From Tubiluchus corallicola (taxonomy: Eukaryota; Animalia; Priapulida), in contig JAQGDQ010000031.1 in the NCBI GenBank assembly GCA_030141605.1, positions 248,001 to 312,000 of the forward strand: DNA of 64,000 nt, written 5' to 3'. Under the pieces are notes generated by a model. That model saw only the letters and a list, made by a program, of their open reading frames with translations. It made no database searches and was not told where the DNA came from. The position numbers and the translations under genes were made by a program. How positions within the stretch are numbered: the stretch's first letter is position 1; the number at the start of each line of letters is the position of its first letter. Shown piece after piece: positions 1 to 11,343 of this stretch.

Positions 1-563
1 CCAGGTATGTAGTGAACTGGAAGACACCCAGACGAATGAAGGATAAGCTACCGGACGTAAAACTCATCGTCATTGTCCGAGATCCGGTAGCACGAACAGT
101 CTCCCATTACCTGGAGCACACGGGTGGAAGAATTACATTTGAGGATTACATAACAGATGTTGAAAGTGGACACGTCAACAAAAACACAACGGCAATTCAA
201 CACAGTCTATACCACAAACACATTTCAGAATGGTTAAAAGTTTTCCCTCGCTCACAGTTACTAATAGTTTCTGGTGAACAGTTCGTAAAGGATCCTATAT
301 TTGTACTAAGGGAGGTGGAGACGTTTTTGCAGTTACCTCATCTTATTCCCACTAGTGCCTTCGTTTTTAACAAAAGAAAGGGATTTTATTGTTATCACGA
401 GAAGACACCAACTGAATATAGAAATGAAGCGACGTGTTTAACAGCCGACAAAGGGAGAACTCATCCCACAATATCTTCAAAATTGTTGCTAGAATTAAGA
501 ACGTTTTTTGAAACCTCAAACAAAATGCTGTATAAATTAGTTGGTCGAAATTTCAATTGGTGA
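1..563 (+). CDS. Heparan sulfate glucosamine 3-O-sulfotransferase-like, C-terminal part (5' end outside window)
   Basis: Frame is open from base 3 (RYVVNWKTPRRM...). It has the 3'-PB motif KLIVIVRDPVARTVSHY, then WLKVFPRSQLLIVSGE, FNKRKGFYC and CLTADKGRTHP, and ends GRNFNW, all typical of the HS3ST family. The paralogue cannot be assigned. Confidence 0.88.
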   Translation, partial: RYVVNWKTPRRMKDKLPDVKLIVIVRDPVARTVSHYLEHTGGRITFEDYITDVESGHVNKNTTAIQHSLYHKHISEWLKVFPRSQLLIVSGEQFVKDPIFVLREVETFLQLPHLIPTSAFVFNKRKGFYCYHEKTPTEYRNEATCLTADKGRTHPTISSKLLLELRTFFETSNKMLYKLVGRNFNW

Positions 564-2810
564 CGTCTGAATGGATGTATAATCCTTGATATCACTGATA
601 AAATTGCAAATGGCTATTTTTATTATGCTTCTTTTAAATAAGCAACCAATAATTAAAATGTAAAAAATGTGAAAACGTCACCAATTCCTGGTTAATATTT
701 GTTTGGTATTTTCGCTTCACAACACTCGCTAATAAATGTTAATATACCTCAGTTACTATACTTTGTCTTAACTACGCCGGCAGCATACCACAAACAGATG
801 CAGCATCTAGTGGTATAAATATTCAGAGGACATTGTCAACGCCTCGAAATGCGAAGTTGAAGAATGAAATTTTTAAAATATAACACGAAAAACTTTATTG
901 ACGACTAAGCGTTTTTACCTCATTAGTAGAAAAAGCACAACAGTCACGGTAAATACATGTACCAAGAATAAATTGAAATTTTAAGTATTGCCAATTTTAT
1001 GTGCGCAGTTAGCTACGTGCCAAATTTGTTGATTCGCCAGTTTTTTCATGTCTTCTATATGGAACAACGTTAGCGATGCATAAGCTACGCATATAATTAT
1101 AATTATTATGCAGCGAAAAAAATGCTTTTATGTAAACTGCAGTCGGCGAAAAGAGGCAAATTTAGTGTGAATTAAGATAAATTGAAATTGATTTAGTGAA
1201 TTAAGATAAATTGATAATAACAACAATAATTTATTTTCTACGAACAATACAAAGCGTTTCATCAACTCTTTACAGTATAACAAAATTGAAAGTAAAGTTG
1301 CACTTTAGTTTTTTTTAGTATGCACTTAACGCATTTGTCTTGAACAGTGTTGTTATTTTAACATTACGCTGAGGCTCACTCAATTTTATTATAATGAGTG
1401 AACCCTTTTAATGACAAATATATAATTCGGATACGAATTAAGATACTAGTAAAATACTGTCAACTGACACAAATTGAAGGCAAAAATTCCAAGACAGTAT
1501 TCAGTTGTACACACTCCGAGATTCTGTAATTACAGATTGCTTAAATGTAATACATATTATGACAAATGGTGTGTGGAAGTAAGTGATTTAGTCAGATAGG
1601 TGAGTGATTTCAAAATGGAAATTAGAAACTTAAAATTTAATTTAAAAATAAACGTATAAACTTTGTAATAATACAATAAATATTGAGACAAATTAAAGTG
1701 TCAACCATTATTGCAGTGTACATATGAAATTTTAAACAACTTTGATTTTTAATCCCCACTTAAAAGTCCAGATTTGTATCATATAGATAAAACCAGTTAA
1801 TCTACAAGTTCCACAAATTTTCTCGCTGGGGCTGCCTCTAGTGGCTTTGCCTTTGCTTGCTGACCGCCGAGCTCGAGCTGACACAAAAAACTAACAATTA
1901 GCTCAAAATAATTAGCGTTTGGCCGCTTAAAATTGTTAGCAAACTACTGACCATTTCTTGTCAATATAGAGTCAATTTATTGTTTTATAGAGAACATGCT
2001 AGTTTCGCAGACTGAAGTGTTGCTAGAAATTACGTTCAATGACTGTCTAAGAAGTTTTTGTGTAAACCGGTTTGAACTTGATGAAAACTATCATCTGTGG
2101 TTTTCTTTATTTGCCCCAATATTTGCGTGCTTTATCAGACGCTTCTAATAACATCAAGTGAAAATAATTTTATAAAAGCTCAACGTTTACTGTGAGGTAA
2201 TCGACCCATGCAAGCCGCAATGGTGCACGACGAATATCTTGCGCAGGTAATTAACCAGGCTAGCTAGTGTCATAATATGTCTAAGCATTAAATAATCCTT
2301 TGAAAATTATTATTATTGAACCTGATTACTTATACAAAATTCCTAACTGAAGAGACAAAACAGAGACATAAGCAACAATTGTCAGTTTGTATAGAATTGT
2401 TAAATAATATTATACCATATGTGTAATTATGTAATCCCTATGAATTTTGCTACGTGCACACGTTAAAAAAATCGCATGGCCTTAGTAGGCAGTGACTTGT
2501 AAGCCTAAATGGCTGGGTTTATGTCTAAAGTTTTGTCATATACAGAACGGTAAAGAGATTTGTAATGTATGATGGATGTAAACATGACACTTTTCTCACT
2601 CACTATAGCAGAAATAAGAGGGCAACGTCAGTTAAGGTCTCAAAAATTTCAACATTAATGTCAGCAAAAGCCCGGCAAATTTTTTTCGTATAAATCCACT
2701 TCAAAACAATAATGCGTATAGTGTATCAAACCGTACATAGTGTTCATTTATTTACCTAAGCCTAGCAAAATCATGGGCAGAGTACAATGGAATGACGTCT
2801 GAACAACAGC

Positions 2811-2869
2811 TTTGTGTCAGCAGTTTTCCAAGCGAGAATTTTTGTGTCAGCAGTTTTCCAAGCGAGAAT
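2811..2869. repeat. 30-bp tandem duplication
   Basis: tttgtgtcagcagttttccaagcgagaat occurs at 2811 and 2841. Confidence 0.95.
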
Positions 2870-3204
2870 CTTTCGAAGTGGAACCTCCAATCAACCTGTA
2901 GCCACTCCTCCTGTTGGAGGCGTCCTCATAAGAGGCCCACGTCACATTGTATGCCGATTCCTTTTCTTTCTGTGAAGCTATATACCTGTTTCCGAGATCC
3001 CTACCAATCGCTGCTAGAACACTCTTTCTGCAGAATTTTCAGGCAAATGTTAAAAAAAAAACGGGTAGTTGGATCCGGAAAAACGCCCATTGTGGGCCTA
3101 CAGCGAATTTTAAATACGCCTACTGCACCAACTATTTTACTATTACCAGCACCCTCCCCCGCACTTTCCCGTTTTCTAAACATAAGAATTATCGTGAAAA
3201 AACG

Positions 3205-4145
3205 ATCAAAAAGGTCATTTTGGAGGTTTTTCGCCCGGCCCCTCCCGGTGAGCCAGACTAACATAGCAAACCATCAATGAGACGTCACAAGATCAAGACC
3301 TCTCATCTAATATACAGACCGCCGAAAATGGTTCCGTCCTTACAGCTGTAACCTCGGATCTTAGGACAGAATCATTTTCATATATACATGTATATAATAT
3401 CCAGATACCACCGAAATTAATATACACCAGCCAAACCCCGCAAAAAATTTTGCGCATAAACCCACAACGACAAACCGTATCACATCCACCACTCCATATC
3501 ACACAACCCACATCACACCACACCACCTACACAACTGCTTCACAACACCCCACCAAACCACTCCACCGCCCTACCCACACCACACAATACCACAAAACCC
3601 ACAGCAGAACATTACATTACACCACCCCTACCATGCCCACCACACCACACCATCCACAACAGCCTCACCACACCCACCATATCATATAGTAATCGTGATG
3701 ATAGTGATGACGATGTTGATGATGACGACAACGATGACGACACCTACAACAACAATAAAAAGGGCAGCGTAGTGAAACCATGCGAAATTTTTTTAACAAA
3801 GCTGAAACTGGGCTATGACAAATGTTATTAGACCCATCTACCAATAATCAATAACACACGAACATTGTACATAGGTCTACTACACACATTGTTGAACGGG
3901 TTATCCAACGATTCTAGGCATCAGCCCTGGCAAATTCGCGTTCTCTAGAAATAAGAGGTATAAGGTTTGCAAAAAATGGGCAAAAAGTGCCATTTTGGAG
4001 GTTTTTCGCTCCCCCACCCGTTCCATCCGGAGGACCCTTTTCAGAGAATACCCCCAATGGTAAAGGACTGGATCGAGATCTTTCGTTTGACATTTTGATC
4101 GCCGCGAATCGTGCGTCTTTGGAGCTGTAGCTTCGAATTCTATAT
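3205..4145. mobile_element. Two diverged copies of a non-autonomous repeat flanking a CAC/CCA low-complexity tract
   Basis: cattttggaggtttttcgc...gatc(a/g)aga...agctgta...cttcg is seen near 3215-3360 and 3990-4140. The CAC-rich tract is at about 3470-3685. Boundaries are approximate and the superfamily is uncertain. Confidence 0.45.
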
Positions 4146-6126
4146 CTATATACACAATTACATACATAATTATGTAGCGATGTAAACGATTGTTGTAGAT
4201 TTTGTGGCTTTTTGACAACTTGTAACCACAATTGTACGTGTTGGCATTTGCAACTTCTCAGATAATTAATAAGAAAAATGTCATTGTAGAAAAGGGCACT
4301 TCTATATTAATTTATTGCTTTTAAAATGCACACAATGCTGACAAATAGCCACGCAGCAAAGTACAGCCAGTTGCTCATTAAGATTTTACTTAAAAACTCT
4401 TAAACAACAGCCAAGTCTCTTGGGAAGTTGAAGTTATTCTAATCTTTGACAAAAATGTTAGAAAGTTTCAGCAATAAAATTGTGATAAGCATCTCGTGTA
4501 ATTAGTAAACTCTGTTGTGAACTTGACCAACTTCACAAGTCACACATGGTTAGCAATGTGGTCACTTTAGTATTGAACATGTTAAACATGCGTGCAAATA
4601 AAAAAAGTTGGTGTTGAGTGTGTGTTAAATTAAAGCTGTCTTAGTGTGTTATATAGTAGCTTAATTAACGTTAACATTAATTATAAAACGTGTTTAACTG
4701 AAATCCCGTGAAAAAAGAAATTCACGACAAAATCAATTTAAAGTCGCCGTCACTTCACGCTCGGGCGCGCTCATTTTAGACTAAAAATGGTGTCATCCGG
4801 TTTTCGTGCAATATAAACAGCCAGGTGCTTCAGCAGTCTCTTTTCGACGTATAGAGCAAACTCTATAAACTAAGTAACCAGTAACTTTATAAACTAACTA
4901 AGTAACCATTGGTTCATAATTGATCCAATGACTAATTTTTACGGAAACACAGTTAACCACAACTTTAGAATAACGGAACTTCTAAGCAAACTACAGCAAT
5001 ATCTCAACGCATATCTCAACTACAGCTTGTCTTCACGGCATTCACGCTGCCCAGCAGATACCAGGTTACGTCATTTTTTTCAAACATGTCGGCAACAATG
5101 TTCGTTTGGCGGGAGATTATTTAAACTTCTTTTACATTTTTAAGCGAAGCATTCTATGCGCATATATTGTGTGGTGATTTCAATATTTTTAATTATATAT
5201 TAAAAAGAAATAAATGTTGTTCGAGGATTGGTTCTTCCTTTAATATGTAATAACCATGCATTATAATAATATTTTCTCTGCTATGGGCCCGAGTCCAAAG
5301 TGCAAGTACAAATTCTTGGTGTTCTAATTAAATAGTTCATCGTGCGAAATTTGGCAATGAAGCTCATGGCAGTAAAACACTTGAGGCAAGAGAAAATAAA
5401 ATGTCAAAGAAAAATCAAAAATGATGTTCAGTAATTAACCAATTATATCAATAATAGCTTTTTCTTCTTTTTGTATCATTATAAGAAACCTCAACTCTAG
5501 TTTCCAATGCTCCATCAGTTTTAAAACTGAAACTGCCGGTGCACTTTTTCGGAAGAATATCTTGATCAGCGATGTTTACAGTATGGGCTGCGGTTGCGTG
5601 ATTTTGTTTGTGTACGACATCCATCTGTTTTTTAAGTTTGTTTTTTTTGTTTGATTCGTATGTTGCAAGTTGAGTTTGTGGAGGTAGCAAAGTACTTCTA
5701 TTTTATCTTTTTTTAACGCTATCGCAACCAGTTTTTGGCATTATATATGTACACGTATAAGCGTATTCCAGTTACAATGTAAACCAAGATATATTATAGT
5801 TATGATCATGATGATGTAACTAGAGTACGTTTAAGCTGTCACTTGCCCGTCGCGGGTTAGTGATCACGACCAATCAGTGTAGCGAGAAGGGCATGCAAAC
5901 CCACAGAAATTGTTACGATATAAAACCTATAGCTTTCTTAGTTTTGCAAACCTTTTTTTATAAAATGAATTCAAACCTAGATAATAAAACATTCATGAAC
6001 TGAACACTGTGATTATTTAATGCGCGCCTTTCTTTAATTGCAAATATGCACATTGATGTTAATTACATCAATTAATAGTGGTAATGATTATTTTATAACT
6101 TTTTTAGGTTACAGAAGAAGTCGAAA

Positions 6127-7206
6127 ATGAATCAAACATCTATAGTGAAAACTGGTATTATGCTATTTAGTGGGAGCTCGCATATGGAATTAGCACAGCT
6201 GATTGCAGCTCGCCTAGGAATCAAACTTGGCCAAGCTAATGTACATCAAAAATCAAATCGTGAAACCATGGTGGACATTGGCGACTCTGTACGTGGCAAA
6301 GACGTCTTTATTCTCCAAACTGCTACAAAAGATGTGAACAATGATATCATGGAGCTATTAGTGATGGCATATGCTTGCAAAACTTCTAGTGCTAGGAGCA
6401 TAGTCGGAGTGATCCCGTATCTTCCATACTGTAAGCAAAGCAAGATGAGAAAGCGTGGATCCATCGTGGCAAAATTGTTGGCTAAAATGATGAACAAATC
6501 CGGCATTACTCACATGATAACTATGGATCTGCCACAAAAAGAAATACAAGGATTTTTCGATTTCCCAGTCGATAATTTGAGAGCGTCGTCATTCTTGCTG
6601 AGCTATATCCGTACATCTATTCCTGATTACACCAATGCCGTCATAGTCGCTAAAAATCCAGGCTCTGCTAAACGAGCACAGTCATTTGCTGAGCGATTGC
6701 GACTTGGTTTGGCTGTAATTCATGGCGAACAAAAAGAGGCAGAGTCAGATGAAATAGATGGCCGTCACTCCCCTCCTCCTAATCAGTGTAGAACGTACAA
6801 TCCGGACCTGGGATTTGAAGTGGTCCCCATTATGGCAGCGAAGGAAAAACCACCCATGAACATTGTGGGGGACGTTGGCGGTCGTATTGCAATTATTGTG
6901 GATGACATAATCGACGACGTAGAATCTTTTGTCGCAGCAACAGAACTGTTGAAAGAAAGGGGCGCGTATAAAATTTACATCATGGCTACCCATGGCCTAC
7001 TAAGTGGTGATGCGCCAACGCTTTTAGATCTAGCGCCTGTTGACGAGGTAGTCGTAACCAACACAATCCCACATGAGATACAGAAGATGCAGTGCCCAAA
7101 AATTAAAACGGTTGACATCAGTGCAATGATGTCGGAAGCCATCCGGCGCATCTACAATAATGAGTCTATGTCTTACCTCTTCCGTGACATATCTGTCGAT
7201 GATTGA
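6127..7206 (+). CDS. PRPSAP2: Phosphoribosyl pyrophosphate synthase-associated protein (non-catalytic PRPS homologue), single coding exon, 359 aa
   Basis: PRPS fold motifs carry PRPSAP-type substitutions: [24 protein letters not shown], an [13 protein letters not shown] insertion, [33 protein letters not shown], and a C-terminal [14 protein letters not shown] splice acceptor (tttttag, 6101-6107) lies 19 nt before the ATG, implying a 5'UTR intron. Probably co-orthologous to vertebrate PRPSAP1 and PRPSAP2. Confidence 0.95.
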   Translation: MNQTSIVKTGIMLFSGSSHMELAQLIAARLGIKLGQANVHQKSNRETMVDIGDSVRGKDVFILQTATKDVNNDIMELLVMAYACKTSSARSIVGVIPYLPYCKQSKMRKRGSIVAKLLAKMMNKSGITHMITMDLPQKEIQGFFDFPVDNLRASSFLLSYIRTSIPDYTNAVIVAKNPGSAKRAQSFAERLRLGLAVIHGEQKEAESDEIDGRHSPPPNQCRTYNPDLGFEVVPIMAAKEKPPMNIVGDVGGRIAIIVDDIIDDVESFVAATELLKERGAYKIYIMATHGLLSGDAPTLLDLAPVDEVVVTNTIPHEIQKMQCPKIKTVDISAMMSEAIRRIYNNESMSYLFRDISVDD

Positions 7207-7430
7207 AACATTTCTCTTGTGAATGTTTATATTTTGTAGTGTTATTTACCCGAGACGTTGCGTGCCGTAAATATTATTATGACGTCTCACTGTCTCTTAT
7301 AAGGTACTCTACTTGAATCCTAAATACTAAAATACTAAATAAAGCAGCTCTGCTTAAGTAATATAGTTGTTGTGTAGGACTGTTAAATGTACATGTATTT
7401 TTAATAGTTCTCTGAACTTAGAACAGTTTT

Positions 7431-7569
7431 AAATGTGACAATACACATGTTGTAAACTGTTGCGGCTACCTTAGAAAACAATAACAACCAAATAAACTTT
7501 AAATGTGACAATACACATGTTGTAAACTGTTGCAGCTACCTTAGAAAACAATAACAACCAAATAAACTT
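7431..7569 (+). repeat. 70-bp tandem duplication containing AATAAA, downstream of PRPSAP
   Basis: 7431-7500 and 7501-7569 differ at one internal base. AATAAA is at 7491 and 7561. Confidence 0.95.
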
Positions 7570-10500
7570 ACTTTAAAAGAATTTAAATCCTTGGAATTAA
7601 TGTAACTTTTGGTGATGATAACTTCTCAACTGTGTACCAAAACTCATGATTGTTATTATTCTTACAGTAAATTTCTAGCAGCTCAATGTATTTGTTTGCA
7701 CAGAAGGCTGGTATTTATAGAGTATAGGGAGAAAATACTACCAGAGGAATTTTGAAAAGAGCTAAAACCATCTATTGTCTGAAACCTACGACTCGTATTC
7801 AGCTTTAGTAGCAATGGGGACTCTACATCCATAGCAGTCGAACTGTAGCGAAGCAACTGGATGATACTTATTGCCAAGCCTGAAAGTCAGAATAAAAGTT
7901 CTTACAGTACATAAATTACTTCAACAAACAGGTCAATGTGCACTTTAACACTATGCCTTTAAACCTAGAGTGTGATGCACACGTTATGTTGAATGAATGA
8001 AGCTGTCAACGTTCTAAATTACTACTGTATTTATTTACATTTGAGAATTAAATAATACGAAAACAAAAACTACAACACACTTTTCTCATTACAATGTCCG
8101 CTGTTTAATTAAAAAAACTATAGACAGTCATTAAACTCGGTATGGATTACTTGGTGTTACTAATTAACTCAAGACTGTATTTGAATTTGACCATTTCTGT
8201 TCCACAGAACGTCTTTTGATTCTGAAATAAAATTTTAACATAAAGATCTGCAAATCTACAGCTCATAAAGTTCAAAATTAAACAAGCATTTTAACGGTTT
8301 TTTACGTATCAATTATGTATTAGGATGAATGAGAGTTCGGTTGACACGTACATTAGGGGTGAGCATTCCCTACCAGAATACGAAATCGAACTGAATTGCA
8401 GCATTCAAATTCGAATTGAGTTTGAAAGATTTTTGAACTACTAGTAAAAAGTGGTCCTACAAAGATCAAGCATAGTACTTGATTTTGTTCTACAGTAAAA
8501 CCACTATTAGTTTATTAAAAGTTTTTTACAGAAACAGCAGCAAAATTGTGCTACAATGCTCACCCCCCTAATATATATTTCCAAAGACATGAAAAACACA
8601 ATACAGTCAAACCACATTATATAGCCTACTTCGGATGGCAAAAAAGTTGGCGTTCTAGTGAGTTTGGTATTACATGTATAAAGAGAAGCATTGCAATGAG
8701 CTTCTACTGTACTACAGTAGCTTAGCAAATCACACTTAGTGAAAAACCTAAATAAAATGATCACTTTTAATGTGCAGAATTTCCTAAAGATTTAACAAAA
8801 CCCTCTTTAAAAGCAATGCCAACAGCAAAACCAGGCTATTAATACAGCTATATCAACGTCATTAAAACAAGGAAAATTTATCAAGAAAAAAAACTCGGAA
8901 AAGTAGTAAATAGAATAGACCAACTCATCCTCTTTGGAGCTGTCCGATACCATAAGTTGTGCAATCAGTACTTGTATATAGTGCATATATACAAATAAAT
9001 AACACGAAGATTTATAAAACATACACACACTAAACAAAAATAGAATGCCTCAATAAACCCTTGTGTGAAATACTATTTCTCTAAAGTATAGTAGTTGTAG
9101 GATATAACAAAATTTTACTGATGATAAAATTGAGACGAATGAAACGTACAATTAAAATGGAACATAATACACTTTGTTCTTTGACTGACAAGGAATGTCA
9201 CTTGTATGACTGAAATAACATACAATAGTTTACACAAAACCTACACGATATTACACAATATTCTAAACAAACTACTGGGCAATTATGCAAAAATAAAAAC
9301 ACTATGTATTGCATACTGCAAAAACAAAAATACCACATACACTAAGTAAAATGCATTGTCAACTTGTCTTGAATATGAAAGATTAAACATATTTTAATAC
9401 GTAAGAAAGCTCATATTTTTCAAAATACACCATCACTCAGTATTAAACATTATGAAAGTTAAATATTATGTACAGTATATGCTCATAATCAAGGGTAATT
9501 GACTGTGCCCAAAATCTATTTTATCCATCAAGGCAAAAAACAAACAATAGCAGCACTAACATTACAACATAGTAAATTCAGATGTCTTTGACAATTGCTA
9601 AATAAAATGAATTCGCATCTTTATCAGCAAAAGCTGCCATATTGTAATTGTAATGATCAATGCCAGTTTCACTTTATCCCTGGACAGAAGCTCAAAGTAC
9701 AGTAGATTCAAACAAATAACATATATTCGCCCTGATGGAAATAATTAAAAAACAAAAGTACACATAAAGAAGCACAAAATGCAGTACATTCATAGATATA
9801 ACAAGAATTCGCCTTGACAGTGTTTACTGTAGAAATAATAAAAAATAAAACTACACATAAAACAACAACTGTTACAAAAAAATGAATGGCGAAAATGAAT
9901 TTTTTTAAAGATCCCTGAGAGCCCTGTTTTTGTTCCACAATGTTTCCCTCAAAAGTTTTGATTTCTAGTTTAATAACAATGCGTCATTGTCTAACGATAT
10001 GAAATGTATCCCTCTGGCCCAAAAGAAATCACTGATATTCTTGGAAATCCTTGTTGAAACAAAAAGTTTATGTCACTGTCAACTAAATATGCTTTGACAG
10101 GACAAGAGGTATGAAATAATAAATAAAAGTAAAGTTTTTCAAAAACAAAATTGAAAGTCGCTAATGATTGATCCAGTGTCACAGGTGAGCAGCTGTTTCA
10201 GATGTGATTAATAAAACGTGAAATGCAATTCCTGTGTAAATTGTAAAAAAAGAGTGAACTGATTTTACAATATGCATTGTCGTGTCCACCTCTACTAAAA
10301 ACAAATAGAGCAGAATTACAAGTTACAATAATGAAATGCACACCAAACTAAATTACTATTTATTTTCGTACATAGATCTTCTATAAATCCATTTTCCAGT
10401 GCTGTAGGTAATTCAAGTCTACTCTAGCCATAGGTCAAGTCTTAGTTCAATATTTTCTGCACAGTGGTCAAGACTGAGTTAAGTTTTTCTATTTCACTCT

Positions 10501-10809
10501 TAAAATGATTCCTATTCAACATATTCCGGCTATTTACGTAGTAATTATGAGGTCTGAGTATAGACAATCGATGTATTTACCTGACAGAAATAATACATGG
10601 TAGAGCTCAAGAAATTTTGTTGCTCTGCTAGGACACTAGTCAAGGTCTAGCACGCAGATCTGCACAGCACCATACAGCATAACTATACAGCAAAAAACTG
10701 AAAGTTATACAGATGATACTAATTATTGCGCAAGGCAATTCTCTAACCATGCACAAGCCAAAACATGAGTGGAAATAGTGTAAGAGAAAAACATAGCCAG
10801 AGTTTAAAT

Positions 10810-11311
10810 CAGTGGTTCCTAACCTAGTGTACGAGTACGCCTTCGGGGTACGAAACAGCTAAGCCAGTGGTGCACGAAAATTGTGTCGTGTAACACATCA
10901 GAACGTTCTTTTTTGCCGTACAGCGTAGGCTCGAGAGTAACGGTAACCGTAAAATAGTAAAATGTATAATGGATGTTTGGCACAGCAAATGTGTTGGCAG
11001 ATGATGGTTGGCGAGATTGGCGGTTTTCGGAAAAGCCCGTGTCAACGAGACAGCCATTGAGGCTACTTCACAGTTCGACTGCAAGTTCGCCGTCTGATTC
11101 AACATCCAATCGTCTTTTTTCTTACATTTTGTTCTTGAATTTGGTGTTTCGTTTATCGGTTTTGCATGTATAATTAAATGACGCTTGTATAGTTAAATCA
11201 TAATAGTAAAAATGTTTTCTTGAAACTCATATTGCTAAAAAATGTTAAGGGGTATGCGGCAGATCGCTGAATTTTGAGAATACTTGGCTAGTAAAAGGTT
11301 AGGAACCATCG
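10810..11311. mobile_element. hAT (Charlie-like) MITE, 502 bp
   Basis: Terminal inverted repeats (TIRs) cagtggttcctaacct / aggttaggaaccatcg. Perfect 8-bp TSD gtttaaat at 10802-10809 and 11312-11319. Confidence 0.9.
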
Positions 11312-11343
11312 GTTTAAATGAACTACAGCACTGGTGTTTTTTC

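Noticed and set aside
2792-4231. Overlapping ORFs of 77-162 aa on both strands
   Set aside because: They lie in repeat-like and CAC-rich sequence, with no recognisable domain or splice pattern.
5448-5690. 80-aa minus-strand ORF upstream of PRPSAP
   Set aside because: Non-ATG start, A-run composition and no recognisable homology.
6246-6993. Antisense ORFs inside PRPSAP
   Set aside because: Shadow frames of the real CDS.
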